Positions 53,455 to 64,000 of a stretch of 64,000 nt of DNA are shown here, in pieces. The DNA is taken from NCBI GenBank assembly GCA_051294905.1, contig CM119372.1, positions 28,956,001 to 29,020,000 of the forward strand, written 5' to 3'. This stretch comes from Botryllus schlosseri. Its lineage: Eukaryota. The notes under the pieces are model-generated. The model was not told the origin of the DNA. It saw only the letters and a list, made by a program, of their open reading frames with translations, and did not search any database. How positions within the stretch are numbered: position 1 is the stretch's first letter; each line of letters starts with the position of its first letter. A program made the position numbers and the translations under genes.

Positions 53455-54886
53455 TATCCTTTTTTTATTATAAACGTGATCCTTTGGTCGTACCAATCAT
53501 ATTCATTACACACTGACGTATAATTTTGACTGATGCTGCACCTCGAACTCGAACAGACCAGAAAACGTATCTAAATTAAAAGTCACCAGTCAATGCGTTA
53601 GGTTGTTAGCTGTTACCTGTTAGGCCTACTTTTGTTTCAAGACGTATTTTCTGGTTTGTCGGAGATCCAGTAGTAGTGAAAATAAAGCTTTGATGCAGGT
53701 TGAGCAGAAACTCTCCTCAAGTAGTTTTGAAAAGCACTCGTAATACGCTCTCATGGTTCGTCAACACCAGAAAGTTGACACATGCAGACAAGGCAGAGCT
53801 GGGTTTCTGTTGCAGCAAACCCCTTGCAGCAGATATATATTTTTAACAGCGTAAGGAATCGACCGCATTATCTGATGCAAATGATACCTTTGCTATATAG
53901 CAGTGGTTCTATACTTTTATTCATCCCAATGCCCCTCTCAGGAAATGCGATCGTATGACGGCCTCGCTCATATTACAAGGATCGTAGTTAATAAGATGAT
54001 GAGCGATAAGGAAAAGTTGTAACGGGTACTTATAGGCTAAATATATCTTTGCGCTATTAGTAATGTGAATGTGAAGATGGCGGATAGCATAATTCTAAGC
54101 GTTTTACAAAGATCTATTTACCATGATGAAAGTGTCGCATGGGCGAAGATAAGCGGCCTGAAATTGCGCACATGAACCATGCAACCGCTACATAAATATA
54201 ATGGCCACGATTGTCGTGAATATGTTCGTCACTCCATTTATATTTCGCGCGAAGCAAGACTACAAGGTTTGACTCATCCAGAAAATAGAACCTCGATTTC
54301 TCCGTCTTGGCCTCTGTCTTTTTGGTATTCGAAGTACATAACACTGCTAATTACCAAGCCGTAAATAGCGAAATTTAGGTAAGTCACAAGATATGATGAC
54401 GTAAAAGTAGAAGCGGTGGAAAATCAGATTTACTTGAGTAAGTAATGCAAGTAGAGGAAAACTACTTGAGTACATGGAAATAGCAAAAGTACTTCGTTAC
54501 TGACCACATCTGCTCGTTACTTGACCACTAATCTAAGTCAACCCATAATCCAACCTATTCCAAACACCTAAATTAAAATGAACTAAAACAAAACCAAATC
54601 TCAAACAGTTTAGGATGACTCGCAATCACCAATTTACTATTCCACACGTTTACCGTTTGATCAGAAGGAAGTTATCCTGCCAAATTTACATCGTTACTCA
54701 TTTCACAAAAATATTACACACAAATCAGTAAACGAGCTCCAAGAGTATTGATTTATTAACAGAGAAGCATTTATTGACCAAATGTGCCACATATTAAAGT
54801 ATCATATATTCAATTAGAATTTACGTGGCAGTTTCCGCTGTAGAGTGTGATATATAATTAAATTTATTAACTCGCTTTTGCTTCTT

Positions 54887-54903
54887 TCATGCTTCGGGAT
54901 GAA
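54887..54903 (-). CDS. Gene B terminal coding exon: (V)HPEA-stop
   Basis: Homologous to 1380-1396; AATAAA at 54863-54868 and 54752-54757. Confidence 0.8.
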
Positions 54904-55644
54904 CTGAAATAGATTGAAAAGGCGATTGTTTATCAAGAACACGAAAATAAACTTTTGTCAATTGTCTATCAATAGAGACACTGGCACCTTCAGTTGAAAA
55001 AAATCGAAACGAATTTGAGTCTTTGAGCCAATGATCATCAAGTTTTTTTGTCGGATGTCGTTTCTGCTGAAACACTGTCGAGTGCCCATGTACTCTCGCT
55101 TTGGAGTGGCACTGGTTTTTCTCGCAGCCAGATTGGATTCAGAGGTGACAGGCATCGGGAAATGATCCCGTGTCACATGCGATGCCAGCAGTGCAATCAT
55201 TAAAGTGGATGTTGGCATGCTATGGCGGAATTGCTTGCATTTTTCTGGGAACAGTTCCAACAAAGATGAATGATATAATATTCTAATATTTAGTTGTAAC
55301 AAAGAAATCTCTGCTTGTATCGATCGCATGCTTATTCGTTACGTAGGTCAGTTCTTTGATCTTGGTAACCGGTATTCTTGGTGACACAATGTGCTATGTT
55401 ACTAATCTGAACAAGAAATTCTAACTTTGCATTGTTTCCATATCGTTTCCATATATTCGCCACACGAGAATGGTGCCCTATATTCAATTCAAGCATTCAA
55501 AAATCAAATTGGACCCATGATATTAGCTATTAGACGGGAATATGAGATATATGGCACCCGGAATTGTCTCGTTTTCCCAAATAAGTTATTACATATAAAA
55601 AATTATCAACGACTTATATTCGCCAAATATACCTACAGATTTAC

Positions 55645-55932
55645 CTGTTATGTTAACAAAGGTCACATAACGCCTGGACAAGCCTTCAATATCATTGCTA
55701 GCGAAGCATTTGTACTTTGCAGAGTCTTCCAGGGTGGCGCTTTTGATGATCAATGTTGCCTTTCCTGGTTCAATCTTTTGAAGTGGGTCATTCCAAATAT
55801 TGTCCGTGGGTACACCGTTTTGTCTCTGCCATCTGACGTTGACAGTCGAAATTCCATACCCGGTACATTCGATTTCAATCGTATCACCAACCTTGTATTC
55901 CTCTCGACTCTCAGACAAAGCGAGAGGGAAAA
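55645..55932 (-). CDS. Gene B Ig-domain exon
   Basis: 288-nt phase 1-1 exon: VGDTIEIEC...RWQR...ATLIIKSATLEDSAKYKC. Confidence 0.94.
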
Positions 55933-57761
55933 CTGCATGGGATTGAGAACAATATTTGCAGAAAGAAACCATCGATACCGGCAGTACCCACACCGGGGTT
56001 AGTAACACAGAACTTATAATTTTTCAAAATAGCACCTGATATTGATCAGTTGTCTTTTACTTGAAGTATACTCAGATGGATTATATTTGAATGGAATAGA
56101 CTTGCTTACCTTCTAAGGCATCATACTTCTTCAAAATACTTTAAAATGGTCTACTATACTTTCAAATTCACCTAATTGGTTATATTTACAACTCACTTCC
56201 ACTTCAAAGTCGACAGTTTTCAAGCCGAACTACTTATTTTTCCTAATTTTTCAGATTTTGTAAAGTACAGTACAGTTTTATACCGATTTTTTTGCGGCAT
56301 GGACGGCGCCACAGACCCTTCACCCAATTTACTACTTCAGTATTTTGACTTCATATGCATTCAGTCCGCCAAAATACCTGTGAAGCTACGTCATTGACAC
56401 AAAATATTGCATCCTCTTCTTACAATTTGCATCTTGCATATACGGAAACTATCACTGCGATTGCCAATCAAATGTGTACAGAGTCAGGCTTCAATCCATT
56501 CATTTAAGGTCCATACTCGAGTAATTATGAAACCCTTCATTATATTACAACTCGAAGAAGTTTTTTGACATCTCTTGCAATCATACGTTCACTTGTATTT
56601 CAGTGGAAATATAGATTAATGCTACTACTTACAGAAACACGACTTTTCCTTTACCAGCACCAATTATCAATATTCATGCAACATCCCAATACAATTTTAG
56701 ATTTTGACCTGGATTTGGGAATGATATGAAAAAAACTTAAATTTGTTATTAGCATTAGGTTCAACGATCAACTGCGCAGCAGGATTCGGAAGTGAAAATA
56801 TTGAATCAGCTCGTGTCTAGTGACATGTAGGGTTGCATTTAAAACAAGTGGTTGTTTAAAACACTTTGTTTAAAACATTTTTAAAAAAGTGTTTTGAACA
56901 AAGGCTTATTTAAAAAACAAATGTTTTTCAAGTTGTGTAAGTATGCCATAATTGTGTAAATACTTTCCAAAATACGTCTTATATGAGCTTACGGACGTTT
57001 ATCACCCGATAGGCGGAGATGTGGTACCGATCAGGGCTTTGGAGCCGGAGCCCGGAGCCGGAGCTCCGGAGCCGTGCATTTTTACCGGAGCTGGAGCCGG
57101 AGCCGGAGCTCTGCATAAAATTCAGCCGGATCCGGAGCCGGAGCTGGAGCAAGTTATTTGAGGGGTAGCTCCGGCTCCGACGTATTTCATAAGATGCTAT
57201 TATATATGCAACAACCATATCTGCTGAGTTCAGATAATTCAACAGCAGGCCTTCGCGAAATTAAAAATCTTTTCCTCTTTGGCGCTACCTTTTCCGACTA
57301 ACCATGTTCCTAAGGATTTAACAGCAGAGCAGTCATATGTTCAATTTTCAATTTTCATGCATGAGTGCCGAACCTCGGTATGCTAAATATGCCTGTGAAT
57401 ATTGTGGGTATTCGGCATACCCGCAATTTCATCATCAGCACAACCTTGTTGGCCAATTGTACGGTTCGAAAAAAATGATCATAATGTGTTATGCGAAATG
57501 GGAGAGAGGATAAAAGCCTGATGTCGTTGCACATGTAGATATGACGAGTCCGAGCCGAAAAATTCCATCTTATCGTTCCTATGAATCGGTTGAGCAAATA
57601 CTCGTTCTTTCGTGATCGTTCTTTAATCGGGCCGCGAAATTGGACGGTGTTATTGTCTATGCAATTATGCATGCGTATTGGAATTCATTACTGCGTATGA
57701 TCGTCATTCACTCCAGTGAGGATTTTCGAGCGTAAATAGGGGATGGCAGAAGAGTAGCCCA

Positions 57762-57861
57762 NNNNNNNNNNNNNNNNNNNNNNNNNNNNNNNNNNNNNNN
57801 NNNNNNNNNNNNNNNNNNNNNNNNNNNNNNNNNNNNNNNNNNNNNNNNNNNNNNNNNNNNN
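57762..57861. other. Assembly gap (100 N)
   Basis: Run of N; the flanking sequence is duplicated on both sides. Confidence 1.
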
Positions 57862-59551
57862 TATAATTGTGTGTAAATACTTTCCAAAATACGTCTTATA
57901 TGTGAGCTTACGGACGTTTATCACCCGATAGGCGGAGATGTATGGTACCGGATCAGGGCTTTGGAGCCGAGAGCCCGGACGCCGAGAGCTCCGGGAGCCG
58001 TTGCATTTTTACCGGAGCTGGAAGCCGTGGAGCCGAGAGCTCTGCATAAAAATTCAGCCGGATCCGGAGGCCGAGAGCTGTGAGCAAGTTATTTTGAGGG
58101 GTAGCTCCTCGGCTCCGACGTATTTCATAGAGATGCTATTATATATATGCACAACAACCAGTATCTTCACTGCTGGAGTTCAGATAATCTCTAACAGCAG
58201 CCTTCGCGAAATATAAAATCTTTATCCTCTTTGGGCGCTACCTTTTCCGACTAACCATGTTCCTAAGGGATTTATAACAGCAGAGCAGTTCATATGTTCA
58301 ATTTTACAATTTTTCAATGCATGAGTGCCGAAACCTCGGTATGCTAAATATGCCTGTGAATATTGTGAGGTAGTTTCGGCTGCATACCCGCAATTTCATC
58401 ATCAGCACAACCTTGTTTGGCCAATTGTGTACGGTTCGAAAAAAATGATCATAATTGTTGTTATGGCGAAATGGGGAGAGAGGGATAAAAAGCCTGATGT
58501 CGTTGCACATGTAGAATATGACGAGGTCCCGAGCCGAAAAAATTCCATCTTTATCGTTCCCTATGAAATCGGTTGAGCAAAATACTTCGTTCTTCTTTCG
58601 TGATCGTTTCTTTAATCGGGCCGCGCGAGAATTGGTGACGGTCGGTGTTATTTGTCTATGCAATTTATGCATGCGTATTGGAATTCATTACTGCGTATGA
58701 TCGTCATTCACTCCAGTGAGGATTTTTCTGAGCGTAAATATAGGTGGATGGCAGAAGAGTAGCCCAAAACGCCGTTGAGCACTCAGCAAAACAATTGTCG
58801 CGTGTGCGAAGCTACTCAATGTGATATCAGGACCCCACGGTATTTTATGTTGGAGACAAATTACTGATTTGATACGCGATTTCCAATTTTGTAATCATCT
58901 GCTTCGTAAATTCATTCTGGATGTCTGCTTGATACTCCAGTATTCCCGGATTATCGCGCACTGTGTGACTTGTTACGTAAATGTGCATTGTGCAATGTGC
59001 ATACTGCATGGGTTTAAATTCGTTATGGGCATTGCGCAATATGCATGACGCAGTGTTTTAATTCGGTTCGTTTAAGCGGGAAAATATTATATTCCGATAA
59101 ACTTGATCGACAGCGGATGGACTGGTTAACGAGTGCATCAATACCGAACGTCAAACCGTGGCCATATTGAACAATATTGGTACAAATCGAATTTCTATTG
59201 ATGAGGTTCGTGATATCTGCCCTCATATTGCTCTTACAGCAGTTACAGTTGAATAATAATCGCACATTTAACGATTGAATTGAGCTGCATAGCTTAATGT
59301 TAACAAGTGCAGTGCCAGTGTTAAAACGGCCGCGTCAAAATTTTAATGCTGTACACAGCAATGGCATCGAGTAAAGTGCGTTCTAGTGCAGCTATGTTGT
59401 TATCGACAATTGACAAGTATTCATAATGACGTCACAAGCCGGCACGGCGGCACCTATGTCTTCGTTGCTGCATCCGATGTTACTGGCGGCTGACAGACTC
59501 TTGATTACTTTAGATAACTAACCTACGGGTAAATTAGTAATCTATATAGAC

Positions 59552-60060
59552 CAGGGGGTCCAACCTTTTCGGCTAAAGGGCCACATGAAATTTACGGACG
59601 AGTGCGCTGCCCACTAGCCGCGCCAGGCGCGTAAAATTTTCAAAGTATATATTATTATTAATTGGGTATATTGCGGGTCGACTGTATACCGCTTGCTGGG
59701 CTCAGTTTGCAAGGACAGGACTATTCGACCTCTGGACATATCGATATCGAAGATTTCCGCTAATATAAGACAGTCATTTTTAACCTACATTTCATAGTCG
59801 ACGATCTTTCTGCGAGCGCAAACGCGAAGACTTTCTCTCGCAATTGCGAATATAGTTAGACTCAATCTGCTAAATCAGGCGTTTTTTCATTTTCAGGAGG
59901 GGGTAGGCTACAAAGAAAGAAATCGTCTGACAATTATACACGCGAAGCGTGAAGAAAAATTGTACTACTCTTATAGTTTATTGTAATGTAACACGGTTTT
60001 CTAAAACTGTGACTGGACCGGGGCGCATATGGCCGGGAGGCCGCGGGTTGCCCACCCCTG
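59552..60060. mobile_element. Charlie/Buster-type MITE nested in 57032-60232
   Basis: caggggg...cccctg; flanks atatagac/aaacagac. Confidence 0.65.
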
Positions 60061-61512
60061 AAACAGACAGACACCTTCGATAGTTTTCAGAGCCGGAGCC
60101 GGAGCTGGAGCCGGAGCAGTGGTAATAATGCGGGTCCGGAGCTGGAGCTGGAGCCGGAGCCATTGTATGATAGAAGAAAGCTCCGGAGCCGGAGCTGGAG
60201 CAATGCAAATTTACGACTGCTCCAAAGCCCTGGTACCGATGGATCAAAAATTGCAAACTGATCTCTGTCCCTCAAATCTTCAGCCGAGAATGGCAGATCC
60301 TTTGCTGCTGCCACAACACTTTGGCCCAAGCTCTATCTATCGCGGACATTGACATGAATATCCGCCTTTTTAAAAAAAGTTTATGAACGTTCAAAATTTG
60401 TTGCTCGAGCGTATCATCGGTCCCCACCCGGTGGGTCCAAAGGCACACGACCACGAGACCTATGAGACATACGCTCAAAAACTCAAATTTCTCATCTTGT
60501 TTCGTTGTATATTATAATCTAAGCTGCAGCAAGCCAATGAAGAATGTTTCTTCGCTACCTTCAATAATAAAATAGATTATATCAAGTCAAATGTTGGCGT
60601 AAAATCACGTTTCGGTTTACGCCCAAACTTACAAAATTATTGGCACAGACATATTACCCGTAAATCGACATTTTGACCTACAAATACCTCGTTATGGCTA
60701 TAAAACTCCACAGGTAACTATGATTTGCAGCTTCTATATATGTAGGCGCGATTCTGTTGTTAAGTGATTAGTTGGTCCAATTATTTTACTTGATTTGGCT
60801 ATGGTTACCAATTACCATAGGCCCTCCAACCTATAAATATTGTAATTGAATTGAAAATACTCTACTCGAGGATGGTATGGGATTAAAAATATAGCCTGAT
60901 ACCAGCCCTACACTTCACATTAAAAATTATGGCTGGTTTGTTAGTGTGGAAAGTCATATAGAAAAATGTACACGTCGATCCAAATTTATTTTACACCCCC
61001 CAAAACATAAATCATATGCCACAGACCCCATGACGCACGCAGGTCTAAGTTTTTTGCATGTGAGGAAAGATTCTGCCAGCATGCAATTGTAGACAAATTC
61101 GCGTTCTGTAATCATGGGATTATCACAGAGAATTTTTCAAGTATTTTTAGTCCCACTGTCTCATCGGTAACACATCTCGCCTCCCACGTATGGCTGGAAC
61201 CCTCAAAATAGTCGGTTAAGCAGCTATAGTAAGCAGATATTTCGTCAATGAAGCTATAATTGCCCTAGATTTTCAATTGTCAATGTCAATCTACCATGAC
61301 GTCACAATTGAATATTCGTGACGTCATGACTTGAAAGACATAATGAAAAACTTGTTTTAAACAGGTCCTTGTTTTAATTATGTTTGTTTTAAATTGATTT
61401 TTGTTTTAAATGCAACCCTAGTGACAAGGCTGGCGGTTGATATTGGAAATAGAGCATTAGCATACTGGTCGAGCCAGCACGAGCAAACGTTTGTGAAGTA
61501 ATCATCTCCTAC

Positions 61513-61604
61513 CATCTTCGCACACGAAACTCGTCAATCCTTCGCAGTTGTCGATGTTTAAACAGTTGAGCGTGCCATCAACCCAATAGCCAACTTTGGA
61601 ATTC
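61513..61604 (-). CDS. Gene B exon 6 equivalent
   Basis: NSKVGYWVDGTLNCLNIDNCEGLTSFVCED; acceptor ctctag, donor G|GTAGGA. Confidence 0.92.
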
Positions 61605-61860
61605 CTAGAGGTAAATGAAAAGTCAGTCGTAATCACATAACTCATCTGATATGCGTACGTATCGGCATCAGCATGGTCGTTGTGGCGCGAAGTGTACCTT
61701 CACTTCGCAAGAATAGATATGCGACGTTTCACCACTATGCCCGTTCTATACCTTGATATAGTCCAAGCTAGCCGTGTCATTGTAGAAATTTCACCCCGTT
61801 TTCGAATTTTAATTTGGACTATACACCGATCTCTGTTTACGCCAGCTTTCCTTTACTCAC

Positions 61861-62034
61861 CAATTCGTGCTTTCTTTTTTTTCGCAATTACGTCATCAGA
61901 GTCCACCACAGCAAGTCTCAATCCGTCCTTTGCGCATCTGCTTCGTGCCAACTCTCGTGAGCCTTTCTCGCCATCGAAGTTTTTTATTGAGAAGAGCCTG
62001 TTATTTATCGCGCTTCTGGTAGGATCAGAGGGTT
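61861..62034 (-). CDS. Gene B exon 5 equivalent, with an apparent 1-nt frameshift near its 3' end
   Basis: (E)PSDPTRSAINNRLFSIKNFDGEKGSRELARSRCAKDGLRLAVVDSDDVIAK...; 174 nt versus 175 nt in gene A; T8 run at 61875-61882. Confidence 0.85.
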
Positions 62035-62497
62035 CTAAAGGTGAAAATGGGTAACATTTGAAGCAATCAATTTCCATATCGAGTAAATCAGATTCTCACG
62101 TCTGGTTACGTTTATTTTTGAATTATAACGGCTACTGTGAAAGCACATCCGTTACGGCTGTCAGTTCTATATTACACCCTTCCACGTACTATTCAAAAAT
62201 TGGAACTAGGTTCAGTCAGTTCCGTATAACCTACCTTTGTCGTGAATGAGCCGAGGTCGAAGAACTCACCCTTTCCGTCACAAATTACTAAGCCTTTTAC
62301 GTATCAATTTTCGATGGCAAGAGATACAACTTATGAAACTCACGTACACGTTTACATATTATTCAATGAGTTTTGATTTTGGCTGCTTCCGCCTCTACTG
62401 TTCGATATCTCAAGCTATGGTTTTCGTTGTAGAAAGTATAGATTATTTACAGCTTCATTGCCAGCAAATCGATTCATCTCGGGTGAATAGAACTTAC

Positions 62498-62613
62498 CTA
62501 CAAAGCAAATGAATGGGAGAATGCGCCCGCAATCGATGTCATTCCAACTGTTTTGTGGCCACTCTAAGGCGGCACAATCCTCCTTCCTATGATCATCCGG
62601 CTGACCCGGTCCC
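62498..62613 (-). CDS. Gene B (paralogue) exon 4 equivalent: CTLD1 C-terminal part
   Basis: GPGQPDDHRKEDCAALEWPQNSWNDIDCGRILPFICFV; acceptor ttgcag, donor G|GTAAGT. Upstream exons were not found in the window. Confidence 0.93.
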
Positions 62614-64000
62614 CTGCAAAAAATATGACATCGCAAACATATGTTTGTTGATCTAGTCCAGTGGTTCTCAACCTTTTTCACCTCGCGGCACCCTTTGGAA
62701 ATGAAAAATAGTTCGCGGCACACCATCACAGGAGTTCTGAACTTTTTCGGCTTACAGCAACTATAAACTAACAGAATACTAATTAGCACCAAATAGTAAC
62801 GCTGACTAATGTGACCTCCTCTGCAGTCAATCCAACAATGCCTCTGCACTTCCTTTCTTTTAAAATAAACTTCTCCATTTCAATATTTCTATAAATAAAC
62901 TTTTGTACGTATAGCGTCCTGAATATAGCTTACTAAGCCGTGATAGAAAGTCGTCGTCTTCCTCGGGCCAGAATATCGTTCCTTCGTGATTACAACAAAT
63001 AGTACGTATTCAGACCTAAGTAAAAGTGGTCATTTTGATGTACGGCTGCACAGAAACTATAGATAGCCTACTATTTCCTAAGATTTGTTTGACCATAAAT
63101 CTGCCCATTGCCGCATTGGGTCGAAGAGGTCAAGCACGATCGCCGCTAGCGAATACGGAGGCGTAGAGGTGTAAGCCATACCAGGCTATACAATGCATTT
63201 CCACGCAAATCATGTAGCACAAGGGCCGCCAATCTTTCGTATGCAGCGTGACAAAATATCAAAAATTATAAAATATTACCAACTGGCGTGCCAACCATTT
63301 TTAAATTTGTCATATTTAGCGTTTCAAGCAAGGAATCACACCAACCCCCCATCTGTAGCTGGCAACGCCATCGGTTACGTCAGTGATTCTAGCAGTATTG
63401 GTCGCGGAGGGTATAAATCTTGGTCGCTACTAAACTAGTCCTACCGACCAATGTACGCAATGTGTGCAGACTGTGCACCATTTAAATTTAGGCGCGTAAT
63501 GATCCATCTTATGTGGTTGCCTTGATCGTTTCCAAGTGTACTGTGTTCGGTACCATAGCCAATAACTGACAGGTCCATCAAAGATTTTATGAGGAGATGG
63601 CCTGATGATAAAAATATGCCAAACCCTGCAAATTGTTTTGGCAACGCACACAGCGCATGGAGTCGCATGTTTCTGAACGTTAGTCTCATATCGTGAAAAT
63701 GCCCTGGGCCAAAATGCTGGTTCCTATAAAATATTCGCAATATGCATATGCAATATGCATGGTGCACATGCACATTCCTAGACTAAAGATTCCGAACGAT
63801 TTCATACGATATTTGGTTGCCGTATATATAGTTACCCAAAATGAAGACATCAGGTCACGGTAAAACGCGCGGAGCGCGAAAAACTATGTCTAGGATAACC
63901 AAAATCTGCCCCCAAAGACTCTGTATTATGTTGATTTATCAAATAATTTTAGCTTTTTCCGTTTTTACAACTTATGTGACATGTTTTGCAACAAACATGG

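Larger units (their letters stand above)
57032..60232. mobile_element. hAT element with (GGAGCC)n repeats, inserted in a MITE TIR
   Basis: TIR cagggctttggagc/gctccaaagccctg; TSD gtaccgat; length inflated by an assembly duplication. Confidence 0.9.
56828..61420. mobile_element. hAT MITE (tagggttgcatttaaaacaa TIR) hosting three nested elements
   Basis: 20-bp TIRs; flanks gtgacatg/gtgacaag. Confidence 0.88.

Noticed and set aside
55427..56002. 191-aa plus-strand ORF, the longest in the window
   Set aside because: Antisense shadow of the gene B Ig exon; no motifs and not conserved at the gene A locus.

Overview
AT-rich animal genomic DNA, not prokaryotic: GT-AG introns, dense MITEs and one 100-N assembly gap at 57762-57861. 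The gene content suggests a colonial ascidian such as Botryllus/Botrylloides, but that is inference. Almost all six-frame ORFs are spurious. Manual splicing on the minus strand gives one complete 8-exon gene (ATG 37729 to TGA 1380; 1011 nt, 336 aa, all splice phases consistent). It encodes a secreted protein: signal peptide, canonical QPD/WND C-type lectin domain, a second very compact C-type-lectin-like domain, one Ig domain and a short tail, with no transmembrane segment. A tandem paralogue in the same orientation (exons 4-8, 62613 to 54887; 5' part off-window) lies about 51-53 kb away. It keeps the same exon structure, differs most in predicted Ig loops, and has a 1-nt frameshift in a T8 run. 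The rest is mostly transposon-derived: more than 15 hAT-type elements with 8-bp TSDs, nested up to four deep; three copies of a Tip100-like element with an internal ~200-bp repeat; a decayed hAT element with ~530-bp TIRs; two Penelope-like retroelements ending in hammerhead ribozyme motifs; a tRNA-derived SINE with a 14-bp TSD; a Gypsy RT fragment; and microsatellites.
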